Assembly: GCF_009914755.1 (NCBI RefSeq) | Contig: NC_060942.1 | Strand: one strand, 5' to 3' | DNA length: 64,000 nucleotides | From: the human T2T-CHM13v2.0 reference genome, Homo sapiens | Part shown: positions 54,298-64,000 of the stretch, one piece after another | How positions within the stretch are numbered: position 1 is the stretch's first letter | Layout: each line of letters opens with the position of its first letter | Notes under the pieces: model-generated | Told to the model about the DNA's origin: nothing | What the model saw: only the letters and a program-made list of their open reading frames with translations | Databases searched by the model: none | Program-made: the position numbers and the translations under genes

Positions 54298-57200
54298 TGC
54301 GGGCCCACCACACTCTGGGACCTCAAATACACTCAGATTTTGGAATGGACTACCCTGGATGTCTCTCATATCCATAGTTTGAAACCCCCAAAACTGAACT
54401 CTAAAGCAAAACCTGCCGCAATTAACCAGGCAGGAAGCTGGGTAGGTAGCTCTTCTGGTTGGACACACAAACTCTTCTCCTCTCCTTCAACTCCTGTTCT
54501 TCCTTCAAAGCCAAGAACCACTTGACTCTGGAATGGGAAGAAAACGTATCTGACTAACAAATGGGGAAGTTTTATTAGCTGTTTATGACCTGTATTTTTT
54601 TCTGAATTGCTAGAGTTAGCATAAAAGAGACACGTCACAGTGATGAGAGATCCCCCAGTCAGGATTATGAATTCCATGACAGCACATTTGTCTTGATATC
54701 AATATGTTTTTTCATGAATTGCAAAGAAAAGCAGGTGTATAAAAATAAAACTCGCATAAAATATAAATTATCATCGTGCAAGTTAATTCTATACCCTCAG
54801 GATACAATAGCTCACGCACTTTATATTTGCAAAAATGTTTGTGAGTTACTTTTTGAGACTTATTTATTTATTTCTATTTATTTAACATTGTTTCCTCACT
54901 GAGAGGATTCTGAGATCGACACCTTATTTCCATAACCGTCCCTGGGGGCCAACAGTCTTAAAGGTGTCTGTATTAACCTCGATATCCCAGGTAATATAAT
55001 ACAGAGTGTGACATCCCAAGTGCGCAGACACTGCAGGCAAGCCTTCTCCTTTGAGGGGCTGGTAAAGGAAAAATGGAAGCAAATGCTCTTCCCTATCAGA
55101 GCTGGCACCTCCAATTCCGCGCCTCTGCTCGTTACGGTGATCAATGTCTAGGAGGTTTTAGCGCCCACCTGCTATGGGCACTGTTTCTGTTGTTACATCA
55201 AAAATGTCCTAATTATTTTAGTGGATCCATTTCTGTGTTGGAGATCATTTTCCATTTTGTCTCTATGGAAAACAGAAGAGTTGGGAAGCCCTTGGTGAAC
55301 ACATTCCTGTCTGTTTTACCCCGCAAAGGATTGAAGACTCTTCAGGAACTCTCCAGGGAATCATCCCCTAATAAAGGGTCGCCACCAAACATGGTTCTGG
55401 CCAGAGCATCTCAGCTGCCAGCACTCACCGGAGGGCCCGGTTAACAGGCAGCCTTCAGCTGGGTGGGTCTGGGTGGGCCTGAGCACGTGGGGCAGGTCTC
55501 AGGTGATGGTGATGGGGAGGCCGGGGCCCAGGGACCAGCAGGGACCCAGCTGCTGACAGCCATTCAGGCGTGGTCCTGAGATTCAACTCATCCCTCCGCC
55601 CCCACCATCCACCCCAGAGGCTCGAGGCTCTGACGCTGCTGCCCCGGGGCCCAGCTCTGCTTCCTCCCCAGTGCCAAGATTCTGCCGAAATGCTGCCTTC
55701 TGGACTTCCCCAGCATCCACACCCAGAAGGAAGGGCTTGTTTCTCCCGATCTCAGCCCTGCCACTTCCCACACTGTGAATGTCCCCTGTGTCCACCATCA
55801 CCTCTCTGCCACCTTGCCCCACTGTCCCACCTAGGAGGGACTGGAGGAAGAAGCCATGACTAGACGTTATATTCTGGTCTGGGGAGCTTCTCAGTGGACG
55901 TCCGGCTGAGTGAATGAACATGGCTCCAGAACTGTCGCAGAGGAAGCTGCCTCCACATCCCTCCTCCCGCTTTGCAGCGAATTCTCACAAGTCTTACGTC
56001 CCACCTTTTGCAAAATATCCACGCCAAGCCTGGATGATTTTTATAGCTGAGGCCATAGCAAGCACTCAGGATCCTTACCAATCCGTCCTCCTCTCTCTGG
56101 ACACAGAAAAGCTGTGTTAGACGGGAGCTGCGTGCCCGGTTTCTTGCCCACGGGCGGTGGTGGCAGAGTTCACACCTGTTACACCGGAGCTGACTGTAAC
56201 TGTGGTGCACGACCTGCAGGCTGTCTTTGCTCATCAGTCCCCTAAGGGGAAGGACCCGGGGCCCAGCGTTAAAGATGGTACCCCACCCCGTGCCCCAGAT
56301 CAGAGGCGCCAGGATCCTGGAGCCCCTGGGTGTCAGGGAAGACCCGGAACGCCGAATCCTGCTGGGAAGAAAGAAGCTAACCCAGCGAACTGAGTCACTG
56401 GGGTGTGGACGACGCCCAGGGCGGCCGCTGGCCTCCTCTACCCCAGCCCCAGCCGAGTGAGACAAATGCTTCACACCACACTCCCTGGACTTAGAAACCA
56501 CTTCACGCGTTTTCCAAAAACCTGACTTACGTCCTCCCTCTGCTTCTATTTTCGGACGGAGAGACAGTGAAGGTGCACTCTGTCACCTCCTTCTAAGCAA
56601 ACCCGCCATCCAGTTTATCTATCTTTTTTACCAAAGAGGCACAGTTGCAAGATAATATGACTGATCTTTTCATTAACTGAATTTTCTCTGAATATTATGC
56701 CTTGGGTATTTGGCACAGAAATAAGAATACTTGGGAACGCTCGTCTGAATGTCTGGAGCTCAGGTTTTCTGCCCCGTCGGTAGCATCAACCACACCCTCC
56801 CTGTGCTGTGTGGAATTATTGGACTGGAATAGATTCCTTAGCAACAAAATATATTTTGTGGATCCTGTAGCATCTCGCTGTGCTTTGATGCTTGATAAAT
56901 ATTTAATTGCCCATACAATATCAGTTCTGCTAGGATATACTGTTCATTAGTCTTTTTATTGAGAGTGCATTTCTTAATTATATTGATCACTCATATCATG
57001 TGAACGATAATTGGTTCTTTCTTCTGACCATATATTTTTAATGAAGTGCTTTTGACCTCTTTGTAATGGCAAAGTATGTCTTCCAGATAAAGTATATCAC
57101 TTACAGTGCAATGCCTGCTCCCCTCCTTTGAATATTGTAGATCCAGACTTGAGTTTGAGGGATTATTCGTTTATGTATCTATCAGGAAACCTGTCTTGGC

Positions 57201-57914
57201 AATCGGGGGCCACGCTGTTCGTGACAACAGAATGAAGTAGTAACAGCTATCGTGATTTTCAGATAAGCTCTGAGCGCACACCCACACAGCTCTCAAACCC
57301 TCACCATTGGGCCCTACGGCTTTGCTCTTCGTGGCTACATGGCGGCTTCTCCAGTCCAAGGTCAGATGAAAAGGCACAAGCTGCAGGCTCAAGTGTTGTG
57401 GGGCAGTTTCAGAGTCTGCTCCCGAAGACAGGACTTCACCTGTCACAGTTTCCTGTAACCGGCATCACGAGGGGGACCGGGGTCAGACCACCTCCTCCAG
57501 AGCCCTCCCCTCGGGCTCCCCATTCAGGCTCCTCCCTCCGGAACCCCCTCTGCTCCCCCACTCAGGCTCCCCACCTTGCCTTGGGGCCCTGCCGCCAGCC
57601 CCTGCCTGAGGTTGTGCTGTCCACCTAGGTCTAGATCAGCTGAACTGAATGGCAAGGACACCTGTCCCCCCGCCACCTGTCCCTCCCCATCACACACAGG
57701 TGCACCCGGGCTCTGACTGCCCAGCCATGGAGGACTCACCAGCCCCCAAAGTCCTGAGAGAGCCAACATTGCTTTCACAGGGCCCCAGGCCCTGGGAGCT
57801 GTCACCACCTCGCCCCAGAGCCATGTTGCTGGCCAACCACTCGGAAACATGCCTGGCTCAGACCAGAACCCCCAGAGGGCTGCGCCTCTCTCTGTCACTG
57901 CAGCCAATGCCAGC

Positions 57915-58385
57915 CTACCAGTCGCCAAATGTGTCCCCCCAAAATTCGTGTTGAAGTCCTAACCTCCAAGGTGACAGTGTCAGGAGGCAGGGCTTTGGGA
58001 GGTGATAAGGTTGTGAGGGTGGCACCCTCAAGGAAGGGATGCGTCCCCCTGGAAGGAGGGCCTGTCATTCACCACCACACAGGGCACAGCAAGAAGGAGC
58101 TTCCAAGAGCCAGAAATCGGGCCCTCACCTGACACCTGACCTGCCAGGGCCCTGACCTGGATGCTCAGCCTCCAGAACAGTGAGAACTAAATGTCTCTGT
58201 CCCTCAGCCACCCAGCATGTGGCATTCTCTGTCCCTCAGCCACCCAGCATGTGGTATTCTCTGTCCCTCAGCCACCCAGCATGTGGCATTCTCTGTCCCT
58301 CAGCCACCCAGCATGTGGCATTCTCTGTCCCTCAGCCACCCAGCATGTGGCATTTTGTCATAGCAGCAGGCGTCGACTGGGACAC
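57915..58385 (+). mobile_element. MLT1A-like MaLR LTR
   Basis: AATGTGTCCCCCCAAAATTC.TGTTGAAGTCCTAACC...TTTGGGAGGTGAT...CACAGCAAGAAG...GGCCCTCACC...CAGCCTCCAGAAC.GTGAGAA...ATTTTGTCATAGCAGC. Confidence 0.85.
58194..58353. repeat. Minisatellite, 32-bp unit x5, inside the LTR 3' end
   Basis: TCTCTGTCCCTCAGCCACCCAGCATGTGGCAT at 58194, 58226, 58258, 58290 and 58322. Confidence 0.96.
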
Positions 58386-61300
58386 AGGGCCCCTCAGGAC
58401 CGCCGCTGCCTGTGGGCTGGCACCACGGACTCTCCGTGCCCAGGGCAGACTCGGCCTGGCCGGGTGGGGCCCGACCTTCCTCCTTTCCTGCCCTCTTTGC
58501 TTCCCTTTCCATCCCTGGCCTGAGGACACGCCCTCAGAACATCCTGAAAGCAGGTTCTCTGCTTCCACAAATGCAACCTAAGAGTCAGGGACCCATGAGT
58601 CCTGGGAACAGATGCCAGGATCGGCCCGGGCTGGGTAGAATAGCTACAGGCCCTGGCACCCCTGGGGCAGGAAGGCTACTCAGGCCTCCTGCTGGGTTTG
58701 ACTGATTTGGGGTGAACGGGTGCAGGATTTCCAGAATTTCAGAAGTATTGAGGGGGGTAAATAGTAAACATGGAGGCTGCAGAGTTGGGGGCTGTGACCA
58801 GAAGCCACCCGTCCACTGAGGACACAAGGAGACAGATCCTCTGGTCAGAGACCCCAGCCCCCAGCTGCAGGAAAAGAATGCCTCCCCAGGCAGGTGCAGG
58901 TCAGACAGGAGGGGGTGAACAGGGGGAGGCCGGCGATAGGCATGAGCCAATCTGGCAAAGTGCTTATGAGAGACGCCTTGTGACACCGACAGGGCCAGTC
59001 ACAGGCCCAGCCCAGGCCTCACCTGCCAAGGCTGAGCAGCCACCGCCACGACAGGAGGCCCGACCCACCAGCAACAGAGACCTGCTCCAAGAGACCCCAG
59101 CTCCAAGCCCCCAGCTCCGAGCCGCTGGCACAGAGCCATCTTGGGAGGCGTCCGACCAGCCACTTCTTAGCAAGTCTCTTCTAGGGGACCCGTCCCACCC
59201 CAGAAGGGCACCATTCTGTCCCAGCCAGCACTGATGTGGACTCTGGGTACAGTTTCAGCCATCGCCACTGCCTGAGTGGCTGATCATCGCCCCAATGTCC
59301 ACAAAGGAGCTGCCAGGGTGGGCTCCTGGCCTGGGACACCCTGTCCCACCACTGGCCCCTCCAGGGTGCCGAGCTGACAGGCATGGAGTGGGCTCTGGAA
59401 GATGTAGTGTGGGCCGTGGGAGGTGACACAGAGACGGGCACTTTCTGGAAAGGCAGAGAGAGACCTGGCTGGAAGGATTCATACAGATGGCTTGATTCTG
59501 TTGGATGCTAATTTCTTAACAGAAAACTTCCCACCTCTGCAGAGCACTCTTAGAACAGAAGCTTACATAGCAGGGACCTCGTTTCCTCGGCTGATTATCC
59601 TCAGGTTTACAGACAGCAGTGGAAGCGAGAGGTCAGGAAACACCGAAGCAGATGCCGTCCTGACCACAAGCTTTCCAAGAGAGTAGACGGGAGCTGGGGC
59701 ATCCGGGCCTCACTCCTGGGGCACCCAGTTTACATTTTGAGTATGTCCCTTTCTGACAGCCGCCTGCCTTCAAACCACTTCCGATGGCTGTTGGGTGGAC
59801 ACCTGCGCAAACCACACCAAACTGGTCCATCATGGAAAGGCTGATGTGGAAAGGGGAAACTGCTTTTTCTCTTTTCCAGATGTCTAAATGAGACTGATAT
59901 TCCCTCTGAATACACGGCCTGTTCCCAGATGACAGGCCCTGGGAACGCCAGAAACAATGCGGAGGAGACAGTGACACGTCCCGTCTCCAGCGGAACACAC
60001 CGAAGGCACTGGCCTTACCGCATCACCCCAGAGTTACCAGGATGAGGATGCTGCAGACTCCACACAGAGCCAGCACAGTGGGCCATGTCAGCGCCATGGC
60101 AGGGTTTTGGGAATTGCAGGCCAAGTTGGAGAATGGTTCTTTTCAAGACAACAGCAACAGTAAGAGAAATGGAAAGTTACCACTTGACTGCCACTGTGCG
60201 GAATGCTTTGTGCAAAGCATCCTACTTAATCTGCACCATGATATAAGCCAGAAATTTGAATAAAGAGAATAATTGTTGTCAGCGCCAGAGTCCAGGTAGA
60301 GCCTGGGAGCCCCTCAGGCAGGGAAGGCTCCATCTTCTTAGGAAAACAGACCAGGAACAAAACAGCAGGTTTGAGACTCTGCACCTGCTACAAAGGCGGC
60401 TGGTGGCGTTCAGGTGGCAAACCAAACACTCACTCACTCAGGTGGGCCTGAGAAGGAAGACCACCAACACCATAACTCCTGTGGCAACGCAGCCACACAA
60501 CAGCGATTTAATTTGCTCTTCAGAAGGATTGTATGAACAGTGATTTTGTCTGCGCAGCTCGCTTACAAAACAAAACTTAGATAGCAGGGAAGCATGTGCA
60601 TGTGAAAGATGCCCTCTGAGACCCTGATCATCACCACCTAGTACATCTTATGTGACTGCAGAACACAGTCTTAGAAGCAGGGGGATGAGGCAGGGCTGTC
60701 AGCGAGCAGTTATGACTTGTGGAGAGAAACTGCTTCTTAAGCACTGTGCCGGCTAGGGCAGCATTTGCTCAGAGCTCACTCCCCTAGGCTGGCACAGAGT
60801 AGGAGCCTCCTACCAGAGTGTGAAAGCAAAACAAATCCAAACGTCGATGAAGGCAGACAGGGATGAGGCAGCCATCTTTGTTTAAAACAGAGCTATCCAG
60901 ATGCCACTTTAGACTTTTTTATCTGAGGCACATCAAAGCAAGGAGCTCATTTCTTTCTCCAGTAAGCATTATCTGTTGTTTACTAACTGCAAGGCCCAGA
61001 GCTCCGCCTTAGAGATGGAGTGGAGAGAAAATTCAGACCCAGCTCCTCTCCCCTCTACTCATGATCCTGTGTTTGGCTACCTTAGTATTCTGCTTTTTTT
61101 TCACCTAGGTAAACATGGAGAAAGTTTTTAAATGCCAGAGAGAACTGAAAGAAGGACCTCAAAAATACGAGTGCAAATGTTCCCTGAAAATGTATGGATA
61201 CTCAAACAGATGCAATTTTAAGTATCTGGATTCTCTACTAGCTATGTTACATACTATTCATGGGAAAATAAAACAAAAAATACCTAGGAGTGGAAATATG

Positions 61301-61629
61301 GTCTAACATCTCCATCATGATTGATTAAACATTAGAGAGAAGAAAGCGTAACTTTACCGGTATACAGATTGCGCCACTAAGACTATAACGCCTGACTGAG
61401 AAAGAGAGGAATTAGATCAATCACTTAGACTATTTTTAAGAAAATGAGAATTGACTATATGATTTTTAAACAGTATTTGTCTGAACAACCCAAATCAACA
61501 AAGTAAGTGTTTCCCCTCATCCCCTGCTCCGTCTGTTGGCTCCAGTTCTAAACACCCTCACACACAAGGGACATCACGAGGCTTCCTTATTTGGAATAAG
61601 TTGTCCTGAACTTATCACTTTATTATCCC

Positions 61630-62800
61630 TTTTAATTGTTTATTTAGCTTTAAAATAATAACTCACATATTTCAAAGTTCAAAAGGCAGGAAAAGGCACC
61701 CAGTGAAGTTTCCCTCACACCTGCCCACTGGCCTCCCCTGCTTCCCCTCCCAGAGGCACACAGTGGTAAGAGCGTCTTGTGCACGTCTAGAAACATTCTA
61801 GGAATATACCTACAAATGTGCACTGGGTCCTCTTTTCATTTTCGGTAGGTTTTAGGTCATGGTAGCTGCATTGTTCTGAACCTTGCTTTCCGCTTTTGTT
61901 GTTTGTTCGTTTTGCTAGGGAGCATTTAAGGTATCATCACATGGCAATTATAAAGACCCTTCTCATTGTGGTAAAGATGTGCATTGTTCCTCGTATAGAT
62001 CCCTAAATAACTAAATAAGAATGAGAGACCGCTGTGTGGTACCAAAGAGTATTTATGGGGTCTCCTATGGAGAGGCATTAACTTCTTTCCTACCTGTTGC
62101 TTTTACAAAAAAAAAAAAAAGTGTCACTTCACTTACAAGTAAGTATGCCTACAGGATAAATTTCTTAAGGCAAGATTACTGTGCCAAAGAGTACATGTGT
62201 AATTTTTATACTTCTTGCCAAGAGACCTCCTTAGAGGTTTTACCAAGTGACACTCCCATCACTGTTTTAAAGACCTGTTATCTCTTCAGCAGTGTGTTAC
62301 CAAGCTTTTAGACCTTTGCCCATCCCGTGAGTACAAAGTGACAGCTCAGTGTTCCTTTCATGTGACTTTCTCTTACTCAGAATGAAACTGAGTATCTTTT
62401 CATGTGTCTGAGAGCCATTTGTATTTTTTCAGGCAGTTTATGTCTTATGCCCTTCATTCCATTACATTGTAGATCTTTTCTTCTTGATTTGTAAGGGCTC
62501 TTTATATATAAGGGAATTAGCTGTTTTCCTGTTATGTGAATTATAAATATTTTTGCCAGTTTGTTATTTGTCTTTTGGCTAAGAAATGAAGAAAAGTTAT
62601 ATAGCTGAATTTACCAACTAGTTTCTAAATGTTTATGTCATAATTTAAGATCTTTCTATATCTAAGAATATTTTTTAATACCCCCGATAGTTTCTTCTAG
62701 TACTTTCATGGTCCATTTTTTACACTTAATTTTTTTGTCCATCTGGAATTTATTTTGGTATAAAGTATGAATTATGGATCAATATTGTTTTCTAGTTCCA
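61630..62800 (-). mobile_element. Ancient L1 (L1ME-like) 3' region
   Basis: T-rich antisense L1 hallmarks: CAGGATAAATTTCT, TGAGTATCTTTTCATGTGT...GCCATTTGTATTT, TTGATTTGTAAGGGCTCTTTATATAT, TCCATCTGGAATTTATTTTGGTATA. Confidence 0.75.
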
Positions 62801-62859
62801 TACTTAACTGGCTCCAAAATTGGCCCAATCAATCTCAGTGTTATATGTATTATATTTAA

Positions 62860-63225
62860 CCTTATGAGAAGCAGATATCATCACTCCCCTTGCACATGAA
62901 GAACTGTGGCTGAGAGGAACTAAGACTCATTCCAGGCCAGGTATCGTGGCTCACGCCTATAATCCCAACACTTTGGGAGACCAAGGTAGGAGAATCGCTT
63001 GAGCCCAGGAGCCTGGCAACATAGCGAGACCCTATATCTACAAAAAAATTAAAAATTAGTGGCGTATGCCTGTGGTCCCATCTACTCAGGAGGCTGAGGA
63101 TGGCTTAATCCCGGGAAGTTGAGGCTGCGGTGAGCCAAGGTTGCACCAATGCACTCCAGAACAAAAGAATCATTCCAAAGCCAGAGAGCCAGGACTTGAT
63201 TCATTGAATCTGAGCCATGCTTTCT
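62860..63225 (-). mobile_element. MIR fragment interrupted by an Alu
   Basis: CCTTATGAG...ATCACTCCCCTTGCACATGAAGAACTGTGGCTGAGAG...[Alu]...AGAGCCAGGACTTGA. Confidence 0.5.
62935..63164 (+). mobile_element. AluJ with multiple internal deletions
   Basis: GCTTGAGCCCAGGAG, CAACATAGCGAGACCC and GAGGCTGC; TSD AAGAMTCATTCCA on both sides. Confidence 0.9.
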
Positions 63226-63337
63226 GCTTCACTGGTCACCCTCATCCTGTGCAGGTTTAACTTCCTCACCACAAGCTTTAAGCATATGCATGCAGCATTT
63301 AATGCATATCCAAAAGGACAGATCAAGAAATCAGTGG

Positions 63338-63373
63338 TAGACAGATAGATGATAGATAGATAGATAGATAGAT

Positions 63374-63415
<42 letters not shown>

Positions 63416-63431
63416 GATAGGCAGACAGACA
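63338..63431. repeat. Compound (GATA)n/(GACA)n tetranucleotide STR
   Basis: GATA runs interrupted by GAT, flanked by GACA units. Confidence 0.97.
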
Positions 63432-64000
63432 AGGGTGATGGATCAGTTGATCAGTAGACAGAGGAAAGAGGTCTTGAAAGACACATGGAGCAAACAGCTT
63501 CAAGGAAGACAGGTCCGTTTGAACCAGGAGTGGGAAATAGGCACACTCCGGAGCCAGGCACCAACCACTGAACTTCCTCGGGACCCATATGGGGCATGTC
63601 AACACCCCAGCATGTCCCAGCATGGAGCCCACAGGGAGAACTCCCATACAGAGCCCCCAAGGAGCCTTCACTGACACTGGGCGACCGGACCAGCAAGCAC
63701 TGTCCGCACAACCAAACTGCCCGCAACAGTCACTGTGGATACTTAAGAACAAGGCTGCTGGTCCCTGCCCTGGGTCTCCTGAATTGACACCAGGATGGGG
63801 CTGGGAACACACATTCTTAACTTGTTTCTCATATATCCCTATGATCCTAACAACAGAGAACCTCTGAGCTAAGAGCTACAAAATAAACCTGGAATATTTC
63901 CTTTCCGCAAGAACCTTTAAGGAGAATGTGAGGCTTCGTTTTTCTTTCAGGGATATCTCATACTTCCCTGGATCAGAATTTTCAAGCTAATTTCCTTCTT

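Overview
Primate genomic DNA, most likely human or ape (AluJ, AluS and AluY all present). It is GC-rich and unusually dense in minisatellites, as is typical of subtelomeric or distal-band regions. I recognise no intact protein-coding gene, tRNA, rRNA or CRISPR array. The long ORFs in the track come from stop-poor tandem repeats, Alus or GC-rich sequence. The window holds about 11 Alu copies or fragments, old L1M fragments, five MaLR LTRs (MLT1/MST), DNA transposon relics (MER58A/B, MER1A, MER47A), MIRs, a CpG-island-like block at about 7.4-8.4 kb, about a dozen minisatellites and several microsatellites. Best leads: (1) a terminal-exon-like segment at 18.3-18.9 kb encoding a twice-frameshifted His/Glu/Asp pentapeptide repeat, possibly a decayed gene; (2) a 2.65-kb minisatellite with about 30 consensus NF-kB decamers and higher-order structure; (3) a 1.1-kb TG tract with about 40 UGCAUG motifs beside the CpG island; (4) a strong-splice-site candidate exon between inverted Alus; (5) minisatellites born inside LTRs, and apparent AT-to-GC erosion of old transposons. 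Repeat subfamily calls rest on remembered consensus features, counts are by eye, and boundaries are approximate. The sequence alone does not demonstrate a new biological system.
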